Source: Haplodiscus bocki
Taxonomy: Eukaryota
DNA length: 64,000 bases
NCBI GenBank assembly: GCA_965655095.1
Contig: OZ296652.1
Coordinates: forward strand, 30,690,001 to 30,754,000
Direction of reading: 5' to 3'
A program made the position numbers and the translations under genes. Shown one piece after another: positions 46,771 to 59,930 of this stretch. Within the stretch, counting starts at the first letter, position 1. The number at the start of each line of letters is the position of its first letter. The notes under the pieces are model-generated. The model made no database searches, was not told where the DNA came from, and saw only the letters and a program-made list of their open reading frames with translations.

Positions 46771-48900
46771 CAAGACGGCCGGCTAGCTCCGGCATATTTT
46801 TCGCAGGAATACAAATATTTTGATAAACATTTGCCCACAGTTAAAAACGAGACTACTGTTTAAAATCTAGTTTACGAAAGTTTTCTACAAACATCAATTC
46901 CTCCATTGATTTGGCGTATCACGACTTTTCGTTCAAAATTTTTTTGTCTCACAGGACCGACAAATTTCGTTGGGGAACACTTCGGTGTATCAGAAAAATT
47001 CGGGTATCAAAATATTTTATGCATCAGAGAGGGGGGGGGTATCACGTTTCTCCGCCGAAAACTTTGTGTCACACAGTACCGAAAAATTTCGTTGGGGAAC
47101 ACTTCGGTGTTTCAGAAAATTTCGTGTATCGCAAAATTTTATGGATAAGAAGGCGATATCACTAACTCCGTTGAAAAATTTTTGTCTCACAGTGCCGATA
47201 AAATTCGTAGAAGAACCCTTCTGTTTCGAAAGAATTCTGGTATCGAAAAGTTTCAAGCAAAGGAGGGGGGAATCTTCACGGTTTTGTCGAAAGTTTTCTC
47301 ACAGGACCGAAAAAACTTCGCCAGGGAACCATTCTGTGTTTCAGAAAATTTCTGGTAGGGAAAAATATTTTATGGATAAGAGGGGTATCACGATTTTTCG
47401 TCGAAAAGTTTTTGTCTGACTGTACCAAAATATTTCATTGGAGAACATTTTGGTCTTTCAAAAAATTCTTTTATCGAAAACTTTCATGCATAGGAGGGGG
47501 GCATCACGGTTTTGTCGAAATTTTTTGTCTCACAGGACCGAAACGAAAATCTTTGTAAGGGAACCCTTCTGTTTTCCAGAAAATTTCTGGTATCGAAAAA
47601 AATTTAAGGATAAGAGGGGCACATCACGATTTTCAGTCGAAATTTTTATGTCTCACAGTGCCGAAAAATTTCGTAAGGGAATCCTAGTGTTTTTGAAAAT
47701 TTCTGGTTTCGAAAAGTTTTATGGATGAAAGGGGGGTATCACGTTTTTCCGTCGAAACTTTTTGGTCTCAGTGCCGAAAAATTTCGTGGGCATCCCTTCA
47801 ATGTTTCGGAAAATTTGGGGTATCAAAAAAATTTATGCATAATAGGGGTATCACGTTTTTCCGGCGAATATTTTTGGTCTCACAGTGCCGAAAAATTTTG
47901 TGGGCATCCCTTCAATGTTTCAGAAAATTTGGGGTATCGAAAAGTTTTATGCATATCACGTTTTTCCGGCGAATATTTTTGGTCTCACAGTGCCGAAAAA
48001 TTTCGTGGGCATCCCTTCAATGTTTCAGAAAATTTGGGGTATCGAAAAATTTTATGCATAATAGGGGTATCACAATTTTCCGTCGAAAATTTTTTGTTTC
48101 ACAGTGCCGAAAAACTTCGTAAAGGAACCTTTTAGTGTTTCATTAATTTCGGGTATCAAAACATGTTAAGGATAAATCGTAAAAATATTTGGCATGACAG
48201 AGACTCGAACCCCAAAACTTCTGCTCGAGAACGGTGTTGTCCTAACCCTACTGCTGTCATTTATATTTGAATAAAAAGAGTTGGCAGTTTTGAACTGAAA
48301 AAGAAAGAAAAAAAAAGAAAAACGACCCTACTGATTGAATAATTTTTGTTGTATATTACATGTACTGCGAAAAATAATAAATCTTTTCAACGCGTATATG
48401 ATATAAAATCTGAAACTTGACAATACTAATCGGAAAAGATTAGCTAACAAATAACATAAAGCAGGTAAATAAAAATTGAACAGAGTTCCCGCCTATTATA
48501 AAAATGCGAGATTGCGAGAAAACAAACTACGAAAACTTTTTGAATTTTCACAAATTTTTATTTCTTTTTGACATATTTTCAACGTTGTGTGATTACTTTT
48601 CGTCTCCCCCTAACGTCGTTTGGGGGGATATAAGTAACATGGTTCCATCTCTTTAAAAAAGACCGCTATTGAAATCGAATTATCTTGAGTGGTCAAAAAG
48701 TTATCCCTCATTGGGAGACGAGCCCGGCCGTTGAGGGTCAAAGGCACAAATTCTTACCACTATACCAACTGGTAATCATTTCTGAACACAAAAACCGTCA
48801 ATAAATATTACCAGCACTGAACTAAACATTTCAAGAATCTTGAATGTGTTCTGCTTCTGTGTCGCGTAATAGTATTAGTCATCAGTAAAGAATAATTTAT
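46771..48900 (-). mobile_element. Second Helitron-like copy, inverted
   Basis: Minus-strand 3' end GCCGG-AGCTAG-CCGGC-CGTCTTG|T at 46771; shares the array and both array flanks with 36700-38016. Confidence 0.55.
46910..48160 (-). repeat. Tandem array of ~88-bp units (CTCACAGTGCCGAAAAATTT core)
   Basis: About 14 units; reverse complement of the 36890-37860 array. Confidence 0.9.
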
Positions 48901-49294
48901 TACGCGGCAGGGGGCGCCAAATTCCGTTGATTGAATTCCGTTTCATTTCACACACGCTTGATTCCATTGGGAATTTCAACAAAAGGAAAACAAAAACAAA
49001 CAATCCCCGACACTGATTTAACCTCCAAACATACACCCAGTTCATTTTGTAAGCAACACTATAAGCAATAGACCCCAGAAACGGCCCATTTTCAAGCAAT
49101 TCAAAACCAACAGGGCTGGGCTAGAATCAGGAAGGAATTTTAGCAAAACTAACCACTGTTGAGTCAACTTTTTCCCGTTTTTGACCAATTTTTGGACTAT
49201 TTTTTCGTACGTTCCGGCCAAAGTTTGGTCTTTTTTGGACCCATTTTGAACAAAAGTTCCCCGCAAGAAAAAACAAATAACAAATGAGTTAGTA

Positions 49295-49370
49295 GGGTGG
49301 GGGTGAATCAGGGGATGGTGAATCAGGGGTGGTGAATCAGGGGGTGGTGAAACAAGGGGGGTGAATCAGT
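49295..49370. repeat. Short minisatellite (GGGG..GGTGAATCA) x5
   Basis: Seen directly. Confidence 0.85.
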
Positions 49371-49684
49371 GGATGGAGAGTTCTTCGGCTTTTCATAGAT
49401 GACATTGTTGCGAGAAATTGTTCGAATTCTCAACAGTCTTTCTAGAGGATTTTGTCATTTGGTAGCAACGTTCTAGAAATCATACTGTGTCTTGGAAGTT
49501 TTTTGAATTATCTAATTATTTCTTGCAAGATTCTTGCGAGAAGCTTGCAAGAGTTTAATGTAATTTCAAGAATTTTCTCTACTTGCAAGATATAATTGTT
49601 CTTGCTAAGTTTTTTCAAGGAATCTCTGCTGTGAGCGATTATTGCAAGATCCTTGCAAGAAATCCCTGGGGCGATATCCAAGTC

Positions 49685-52600
49685 TGTCAAAAAAATCTAA
49701 TCCATTGTAATTTTGTTATTTCAACACGAATATTTTTGGAAATTGAGTACCAATGTTCTGATTTCCCGATTTTTTGTAAAATACCCTTATATGATTTGTA
49801 TTTAATCAAATTTTTTTCGATTAAAAAAATCTAATTTCCTCAGATAAGCAGGAATGGTCCACCGAAAGATACTAATGAGCACTTATGAAGCTACGGTGAC
49901 TACATAATGGTCCATCCCGACCCGGACACCCAGAATTTTGAAGATATTTTTTACGAAAGGTTGGAAAGTGGTTTTTTGTACCGAAAAAGGATTCCCTCAG
50001 CTTTACGTCCGAACTTGTTTTTACCTACGACTCTTCGGTCTGGAATTTTGTTTTTAGGTCTGATTCCTCTCAGACCATATTCGCTCTTAGGTCTTATTCT
50101 TTTTTAGACCCTATTCCATTTTAGGTCTTATTCTTGTAGACCCTATTCCTTTTAGGTCTCACTATAATTAGACTTCACTCCACTGACCTCATGAGGAACT
50201 GAATGGTGCAATTTGGGGCATTGTGGGGTACTGTGCCGTCTTGTGAAAAGAGAGCTGGTGTGAATGGACTCGAGGTGACGATGCTGCCGTATTCGCCGAT
50301 GTCTTGATCTGAATGGATTAGTTTTATGTAACATCATCGTAAATTAATCCGTTGGTACTTGGTGTTCTCGAATCAACATAAAAAAAACCACAGAATTGAG
50401 GAGCCAATCAGAAGCATTGAATACTACCGCAGCAGCATCAAGCAACAAAATCACCCGAAGGTCTTCCACCCGATCACTTCCCGCCTGGCGACAATTTACG
50501 TCCTCTTAAACAGAAGTGTTTTTACTACTTGACAAGTGGACGTAGTAACATTTACTACTATCTAGGTTCTGTCTTAACTGTCCTATCCGATTATCATTCA
50601 CTTCGTGCAAAACTTCAACCGGATTAATGATCGACGTGGGCCGATCTGAATCCAAAATCTTACCAGTAGTTCTGCTTGTTCAGCGTAGATCTTGTTACTA
50701 GTGTCCGCAGTCTCAATACAAGCATAACAGGCGTGACCTTGCTATTTTTTTGACCAGAAAGAAAACATTTTCAGCCTATTCGCGATTTCGGAAACAATCG
50801 CAATCTTCATTCTCAGAAAATGAAAGTTACCGATTTTCTTGATAAAGCTCTGGAAGCATTTTGGGCCTCTTTTGTCAAAGTTGTCTCTTTGGCTTCTGTC
50901 TATTTGGGTCTGCTACCTCAAGATGATCAGTCTGGCCAAAATAGTTGTCGACAAATCTGTTAGTTATCCACTTCGCAACAATTGTATATGTTATTGGTGC
51001 CAGCTCCCTCAGTAAAGCACCTGACAAGCTCAACAACGTTGACAGTCAGACCCTCAAAGATTTCGTAATTAAAATATCGTCACTTAGCACTAACTTTTTT
51101 GTTGAAAAAAAAACATTATTAGTCGACTCTATCGTTTTGAATACGGTTTATTGGAAGAAACATCTGACATCGTCATCTGGTACGACGCCATTAACAACTC
51201 CGTTATATCAAATAATTCCAATATCTTCAATTTCACCACTCTCAAACATCTTGCTACCCTTCTTCGAAGTACAAACACCGAATTAAAGCTCCTGTATATT
51301 GTCAGATAGACATCACCATATGTATTTGACAATCTACGAGACGCCAACTTTGTTGTGATCCGTCTAACAGAGAATCTAATCTCGAGACGCAAGCGGAACA
51401 ATATATTTTTTTTGCTTTTTGATTACAACAAACTCCATCAACCCTCATGTTCGGAGATAAAATAATTGTTCATAGTTCTCATTCATCAACATAACTTGAC
51501 AACCTTCTCTCAGAACACCAGAAAGAAGTCGAAAAAGCCTTCCCAGAGGAGAATAAACCAAAAACTCCTACAGAAAGGCCTCTTTAGACGAGTTTGAGTC
51601 AAGTCTCTTTTCTTCCCTTAAGTGAGTGTTTTCAGAGTGGTCACTAGACGATTCAATCACCGGTGACCTATTTAAAAACTGATGGTTGGCATTTTTCATA
51701 AGAGTAGGGTCAGACAAAGTTATGTCTCTGCAACTTTTCGTCAATTTGGTGTGGTCACTGGACAATTCGCCTGTCCTATTGTAGTATTGTGCAAGCTCAT
51801 TTGCAGAAACGTTGAACAGAGCCTTCAATAAAAACAGAATCCGGCAAGCGTCTGTTTGAACTCCCTGAGACAACTAACGAACACTTGAAATCTTTAGAAG
51901 AAAACAGTGAACCTGTCAAAAGGTAGTATTCTATTTCAGTCTTTCTAATCTCTGAAGGAACGAATTAGGAGTCACGCAAACAGTAGCAGTTAGACCATCC
52001 GGGGACAGATCTTCCGTTTCGGATAAAACTTGGCAAATTCTTAGACACTCGTAGTCATGGCTTGGAATCGGGGTGGGTAAACCAAACGTTCCACCGCTGG
52101 GGTAACTACTGCTTAGCGGACGGACAAACCCAACCAAGCATACTCCGGTTCCACATCATCATATGAACTTTGTCAGGAATTGCCCTAGCTTTATGCATGT
52201 CCACACTTCGAACAACTCCCAATAGCAGAACGACACAAACTAATTGAAGAGAAAAAATGTTTCAATTGTTTTCAGGCAATGCACCCGTCCAACACATGCA
52301 CATTACGATTCAAATGTAAACAATCTCAGTTAGGACATCACACACTGTCACACCGTCGTAACAAAAGTCCACAAGCACCACCCGGCGGCACTTTAAAAAG
52401 AAACTCTCCGTCTCAAAACACCCCACGCATGAATTCAAAAACGGTAGAGCTTACTTGCAAGTTCACAACAGTAAATTTCACCACACAAGGTTTTGTCAAC
52501 ACTAATCTTTATCAACGGCCCTAGTTATCATTCGCAACACTAAGAACACTCAAATGCCGTTACGTGCATTGTTAGATTCTGGCTTTCAGGCTAGTTTAAT

Positions 52601-55600
52601 CACGGCAAACAAAGCTAAGGCCTTGAGGCTGCCCAAAAAGAAGCTCTCAATCCACTATCCGAACACAAGACTCTGATTCTGCTCAAAGTCAACGTACTCG
52701 TGGTTTAATACTGACAACTCTGAAGGACTCCGTTGAAGTTAGTTTGCACATGATTTCCCGTCTGAAAAACGCATACCCTTCTCGTAAAAAGGACACTAGT
52801 CATGTCAAACGTTTTCAGAATTTCGATCATGCCGATCCCCATTTCAACACACCTGGAAAAAAAAACTTCCTCTTAGATATCGACATTTTGGAACATCCCT
52901 TCTTACACAAAAAAATCGAAGACAATGGTTTGTCTTTGAGGGATTCATTTTTCGGTTGAGTTGTGTCGGGACATGTAGTCGAAGGAGCTCAAGACTTGGT
53001 CGTCAAATACACATCCATCATGTCTTCTAATGACACTGAAGACTTAGTTTGCTAGTTTTGCGAAATCTAGAGTGTCCCAGAACGCAAACATTTAACGCAA
53101 ACGGGATAATATGGAAGCAACAATTTGAATCAACAACGAAAAACATCTTAGAATGTCGTTTCATAGTTAATTTACGATTTGAAAAAAGGAGAAAAATGTT
53201 TCAGCGGAAGCAAAGCGAATGCCATGAAAATGTTAATGAATGTAGAAGGAACACTTCACAGAAACCCAAAAATGTTTGAAAATTACTCAGCATTTAATCA
53301 AGTATCTCTGTCTCTAGGTCACTTGGAGAAATTCCTTCCCATTGAACTAGACACACATCCCCATTTCTACTTGTGAGATCAATGTTCCGCCAAGGAGGAC
53401 ACCACGACAACAAAGTTGCGCGTTGTGTCTGATGCCAGCGCCAAAGAAAAGCTTCTGGTCTCTCTTTCCATGACTGCATCAAGGTGGATCCGTAACTAAA
53501 AGAGGCTCCTTTTGACATCCCCAATTCGCTTTAATTTTTTCAAAGTCGCCATGTCCGCAGAAGTTCCTCAAATGTACAGAAAAGTAGATCGGCAAAAGAA
53601 GTTGAAACTTTTCGCCGACTCTTGAGGAGTTTCGATGAGAAACAACCTGTTAACAGTTGGCGTATGACAAGCTGCACCTACAGTAAAACTAGTTCCACTT
53701 ATCATCCGATCCGGTCTGTAACTAACTGTGCAGACAGCCACAACGTTCCACTACCGGTACATCAAGCATTTTGACGCAATTTTTTTGTCAAGGACATCTT
53801 GACAGGCGCAAATTCTGTCTCTGAAGCTAAAGCATTGCAAACAGGTCTCATCAACACAAAAAACAATCTCAATTTGATCTCGGCAAGTGGACATCAAACA
53901 CAACTTCAATAAGTCTCATTCTTCCAGAAGAGTACCTCAATGCAAAGGACAATTTTGAATTTCTTGCTATTGATCACACCAAAGAAATAATGGGTATAGT
54001 TTGGAATCCTTCGTCTGCCACGAATCTCTTGAAAAAGTCACACATTGCTGACAGAGGCAGCTCAGGCAAACATATAACAAACGCCTAATGGTATGTCGAA
54101 GACTTTCGATTCGCTGGGGTGGCTATCGCCCACGACGATTGTCTAAAAACAGTTGATGCAAAACTCCTGGAAAACCAACTTTGATTCGGATGACAAATTA
54201 CCACATTACTAAGTTGCAACATATCTTAGCTGGCAGTCTCAATTAGTGAGCCTCAAAGAATAAAAGTTGAACGGATTTTTTTATTCAATGGCTTTTCTGA
54301 CAAAATACAGTTTCATGTTTTCAGTGACGCCTCTGAAAAGGCGTATGCAGCTTGAGTGTACATTGTTGCTGTGGACTCTGTTGGCAGGCGGCAATCTAAT
54401 TTGCTTGCAGCAAAAACTAAAGTTGCTCCACAGAAAACGTTGAGTTTACCAAGATTAGAACTCTGTGCTGCTTTAATTTTTCCTTTGAATACTGAGGGAA
54501 TTTCAAAATTCTTCACCAATCAGGCTTCGCAAATGATCCCCTCCATGGATGCATTGATTCAACACTTGTTCTTTGTTGGTCATCACGAGTACCACGCCAC
54601 TGGTCCACATTTGTCGCTAATAGATGTTCACTTTTAAAGAGGGAGCCCGAACTGAGCTGGCAACACGTGATTTTGGAAGAGAAACCCTCTGAACTTTCTT
54701 CACGTGCCTTAGAGCTAGAAATCATGGAATCTTGTGTCGTTTATTTGTCAACGACTCGGTTGGTTAGTCACTGGAACCTTTCCGGATTCACATCCGATAA
54801 GTGAAACCAATGAACAAACAAAGAAAAAACAAACTTTTTTAGTTAACACAAAAAAACACAATACCTGATCAAGATGCAATCATGTTTGCAAAGTACAACT
54901 CTGTTTTCAGAGAATTTCGCGTATTCGCTCTCATGAAAAGGCTGATCGAACAACTTTGAAAACAAAACAGAAAGTTTCCAAATTACACAACGGCTTTTGA
55001 GCTATCTGATTGTGCCATGACACCTCTACGTCAGGAGCACCGGAAGTTCTTTGCAGATGAAATTAAAAATACTCTAAACATCACCTCAAGTCAAATGCAA
55101 AAGAGAAATCCTCAGCCTTCATCTTTTCTTGTACAACAACATTCTTCGTGTTGGCGGAAGGTTAGCGCTTGCGAATGTTCCCGATGGAACAAAACATCAG
55201 CAACTTATACGGAAAGAGACCGAACTAGCAAAGTTAGTGTTTTGAATGCACTTAATTCAACTTTATACGGAGGAAGCATTCAAGTTGTAGCATTCATAAC
55301 AACTAGACTTTGGATTCCATGTTGTTGAGACTTAGTGAGAAAAAATTGAATTTTGTAAAGTGCAACATATACACTGTGAAACCAAGTTTCCTTCTAACGG
55401 GCGACCCGCTTATGGAAGGAGTCGAACCTCCATCAAAAGCATTTCAAAAAGTAGGCCTAAATTTTGCAGAACCGTTTCTTTGTAAAAATGCGCCACAAGA
55501 TGTTGAAAAGACTATATGGCATTCTTCGTCTTCTTTGAGAGCGAGGCAGTACATAATGAAGCAGTAGCAAACATTACAGCATCGGCTTCCACAGCTGCTC

Positions 55601-56678
55601 TAAAGAGCTTCGTTTCTCGTCGAGGCTCTCCGACACAACTAATTGCAGGTAACGGCAGTTTTTTTCTTCGTGCAGAGAATGAACTCCTACCAATACAAAA
55701 TGTACTCAAAGCAAATCATGCTGACTCCCTACAGGCCGAAGCGGCTGGTCTCAACATTCGAATTGTAATACCACCACGAGCACCACATTTTGATGGATTA
55801 TGGGGACCTAGCATAAAGAGTGCCAAGCGTCACATTATAATAGAATTGGGGAACAACTTCTTGTCTTTTGAGGAGTTAACAACCTAATTTTGCCAGATTG
55901 AGTTGGTATTAAATTCTCGTTCGATATATCAAATTTCAGGAATACCCGAATGACTCAGAAATGCTAACACCAGCACACTCCTGTCTGGGTGGTAAACTCA
56001 AAACTCTGCCTCTGATAGAAAGTAACGATAACAACACATCAAATACATCCTCAATCAAAAAGTGGTCCCAATTACATAAATTAATTAGACTTTTCGGATG
56101 ACATGGTCAAAGGAGTATGCAATTTTTTTACTAGAACGTATAAAATGGAAACGAGAAACATCCAATATAAAAGTTAGAGATGTCGTTTCTATGTCAGAGG
56201 ACAGTGTTTTTTTACTATATTGGCCAATTGCTGAAGTCATTTATGTCTATAGTGGTGCTGATCATTTTTTGAGAGTCGTCAAGATAGAGACTGCTACTGA
56301 GATATACAATCGTCCCTTATACAATTTCAGAAAATTTTTCGTTGTTGAAGATGTTGCTTAAAAAGAAAATATCTTTGATTTAATATTTTGAAGGTTGACA
56401 TTGTACATTTTTTGTTTTGATTTGTGTGTCAAATCAAGGAGGGCGGTGTGTTCAAAATGTGTGTTCTGAATTGTCAGAATTTATAATCGATTGTTATTTT
56501 GTTATTCCAGCGCGAATCCTATTGGATAATCTGTACTAAAGTTCTGATTTCCCGTTTTTTTAAAAAAAATATATATTCAAATGGTTCATAATTAATCAAT
56601 TTTCTTCGGGTAAAAAATCTATTTTTCCTGAGAAACGCGAAAGGTACTTAAAACGCTTATGAAGCTACGGAGAGTCCA
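49685..56678 (+). mobile_element. BEL/Pao LTR retrotransposon, heavily decayed
   Basis: LTRs ~49685-49904 and 56449-56678; PBS-like TGGTCCATCCCGACCCGGA (49908); PPT-like AAGGAGGGCGG. Gag knuckle CFNCF..HHTLSH, protease ALLDSG, RNase [24 protein letters not shown], integrase FVSRRG..PPRAPHF.GLW, and C-terminal WSKEY..KW. Confidence 0.92.
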
Positions 56679-57356
56679 GTGTTCAGCACACCTCTGCCAT
56701 TGTTCCAACAGCGCGTCTTGCCCGTGATCTCAGCTTCCGTAGGAAGGGAATTCATTTCAGAAACTCCACCCGATACGAAATAATAGGACGTTAAGACATC
56801 ATTGAAATGAACTTTCAATGTAATAAGTACAGCAAGATGTTATAAAACGCATCATGAATTCTCAACTCCAATTAACGGAATTATGTTACCAAATTTTAAA
56901 TTAAGAACAGTAACGAAAAGATAACTGATTTTTGATTGATATCATTTAATGTTTTAAATGAACTTTGCCGCTCCATAACCTTCGTTAATGGGTTTAAATT
57001 TTATACGCGCGCTTAATTTTTACACAATTGTGCCTCAAATTTGCACAAAAAATTGTTCATACTTTTTGTTATTCAAATGGATTCGGATTGTTCCTTACAC
57101 TAACTAACCACTTACCCGCTAATCTTAGTGTGCTAAAGGATTTTTATGGTATTCATATTTTCACTTTTTAAACTGTACTCAACTAGAGAAAAAGTAATCT
57201 TTTTAATCATTTTTCATCATCATTTTAATTGAAACAACTCATATACAAAAATATCTAAAGGCTTCTTTACAAATTCTCACTTACAAATCAATTCGTTTGT
57301 GCATTGTGCAATATCAAAGTTATTGAACTTTTTTCTTTTCTAAACCTAATTTCGGA

Positions 57357-57799
57357 TTATCGTAAAAAGTCTGCACAAATAAGCTCTGGGTTGGCAAAAT
57401 TGGTAATCAAAACAGCTAGATTAGGATTTTTCTTCACACCTTCGCAAAACTCCTCAAAAGTAATGACCCCGTCTTTCTCCTGGTCAAATCCTTTCACTAA
57501 CTGACTGGCATGCGAATCAGGTGTGTCATCAATCGATGATTGGCGTGTAACAGTGATACCGACGAGCTGATGGAGAGACGTGATCAACTTTTCCATTTCC
57601 CAAAGTTCTATTGTTCCAGAGTTGTCCAGATCAACCAGGTTGAAAGCCAGTCGGAGTTTCTCTTCTTGAGTACCTTTCCGGGTTATGGATAATGCCATCA
57701 TGAGTTCTACAAAGTCCAGATGACCGTCCTGATTGATGTCGAAAATCTCCATGATCCTCTGGGCCGCGCCTTCTGGATCCCCGTCTGGAAATCTGCTTG
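57357..57799 (-). CDS. Neuronal calcium sensor (NCS/recoverin/neurocalcin-like) EF-hand protein, last coding exon
   Basis: FPDGD..IFDINQDGHLDFVE..GTQEEKLRLAFNLVDLDNSGTIELWE..FDQEKDGVITFEEF; acceptor ttccag|CA at 57800. Confidence 0.9.
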
Positions 57800-58927
57800 C
57801 TGGAAATAGTTCGATGGGAAATATATTGAAACTGTACAGAGGAAAAATTATAAAATTAAGGCTGTAGGCTGTGCATTGCTCCCAGCAAAATTTGTAAAAC
57901 TTTCTAAACGTAATAATTTATAATTTTGCAAAAATTTCACGCTGAACCCTGGTTGACCTAACAATGTTGCAAATACAGATATTTGAAAAAATAACAAAGT
58001 TTTCAATTTTTGACATGTTTCATCAGTATGTTCGAACATTGATTCTCATAATCTTAGTGGTGGCTCAGAAATGAAAATTTTGAGTTCTGATCAAAAGTCA
58101 GCACACTGCATAATATCAACGTTGAGACAAGACTGCAGGGAGAATTTTAGCTGATTCTATTATTAGTGGTTACCATGGGGTAAAATTTTGGGGGTTTCAA
58201 AAAATTGTCTAGAAAGTTGCTAGCTTTAACCCAAGCTATTTCAAATTTCATCTGGGAACGCTTCATAGAATTTTTGCATCATCATTATTGGGAAAACTCA
58301 GTTAAGCAATCAACTCATGAGACTTCAGGACTCTTCTATTGTGGTTTTTTTAAAATTTGCATTTTCTACGGTTGTGTTACAAACAGACGCATAGAATTCT
58401 CATTAGCTAATTACAACAAGACACCCGGCTGCCTCCGGAATATTTTGCCCCTTCCAATATTGTTAAAGATGCCTTTTAGAAGGCTGAAAGCGTTTTTTTT
58501 TTCAAAATACTCTGTTTCTTCATCATATTGTCTAACTTTTCCAACTTTAAGATTTTTCCGATTTTTGCCAAAAAAACCTCAAAAGGCATTTTCAAGAAAC
58601 AATACCATTTGAGACGCATTCTAGAAAAAATCTGCCATATAGGGCGACTTCAAAAAATTTCAAGATTTTTTTTCAAAAAAACCCATCTATTTTCCTAAGA
58701 AAAATCCCAAATTGAGAATTTTTCTATTCCAGTCAAATTCTACAGCAAATTTGCTACAATTTAGTGAAGAAATAATTTCACGTTCAGACGTGAACAAAAA
58801 TGCCGATGTTGGCGTGAACGCAATTGGCAAACATCGGGTAAAAAAACGTCAGATATAGCGCATTTGAGAGGAAGATTTTGCTTCCATATTTTTGATATGG
58901 CATAGAATAATAAATACGCAAGTACTA

Positions 58928-59293
58928 TTGGCTCAATTGAGACAATTCATATTGATTTTGCACATTTGCCTGATTTTGAGGAAAACACTTCGCAGAAAGT
59001 TTTGGCCAAAAAGTTTCTGAATCTTCTGAACTCCTGAAGCCATTGATATTTTTTAATAGCAAAGTTATGTAGAAAATTTTTTACAAAAGTGGGAGTTTTA
59101 AAATTTGCAAATTTGAAAACCCAATTTTATAACATGTGAATTCAAAAATCGCTATTTCGGGATCTCGATTTTTTTACCGTTTCACATAAGTTGTAGATTC
59201 AAAACTTATCAATGGCTTCAGGATATTCAGGGCATTTTTTGCAAGCAGTTTTAAAGTGGATCAAAAATAAAAAGAACAATCAATTTGAGCCAA
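58928..59293. mobile_element. Palindromic MITE/foldback element in NCS intron
   Basis: TTGGCTCAATTGA..TCAATTTGAGCCAA ends, with an inner pair CCTGAAGCCATTGAT / ATCAATGGCTTCAGG. Confidence 0.6.
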
Positions 59294-59930
59294 AGTTGTC
59301 CAAAAATGGTTATTCGTAACTTTTGCAATATTGACAGTAAACGCTTGAAGCACAAACAATTGTAAACCCGACAAAAATCTAAGAAACTTTTAGTGAGGGC
59401 TTTTTTTGAAAATTTTAACGGTTTTTGTGGTATTCCAATTTAATATTCGTGCTTTGATGCGTTTATTTTTTCAACACGACTGTAGAGTCATGATTGAATA
59501 TAATGCAACTAAGCAAGTTTAGTACGTTTCACAAAATCCTCAGTGGAGAAGTAAACAATAAGAGATCAGAGTAAACAAAGGCACTCTCAGAAAGCTCCTT
59601 AACAAGGTTATCAAATGCTCAGTTTATATGGCAATAGAAGTACTTCATAAAGGTAGAAAATTTTGTCCGAAAATTGAGCAAATAAAGTATGCAAGCATTG
59701 CGTATATTGACTAATTTTGGCAATTTTCGTTAAAAATCTTGACGATGACGCAAGATAGCAAGAAAAAAAGTAATTTGTTGGTTTTGCTTGTTCTCAAAAG
59801 CTTTTATCTTTGTCAGTTTTTCCAAAAGTATCTGTCGCGTTATAGCTAAGGCTTAAACAGATATATTATATTTCTTAAATACGTGCAGTATGCTATTAAA
59901 CAGGAAATGACTAATGTTTAACAAGAGAAC

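Noticed and set aside
36890-48160. CRISPR-like appearance of the ~88-bp arrays
   Set aside because: Whole units are homologous with no unique spacers, there are no cas genes, and the context is eukaryotic.
36700-48400. One large TIR transposon bounded by the two arrays
   Set aside because: Each arm has its own hairpin+CTTG end facing inwards, the outer parts diverge, and no transposase or TSD is seen; two independent insertions is the simpler reading, though not proven.
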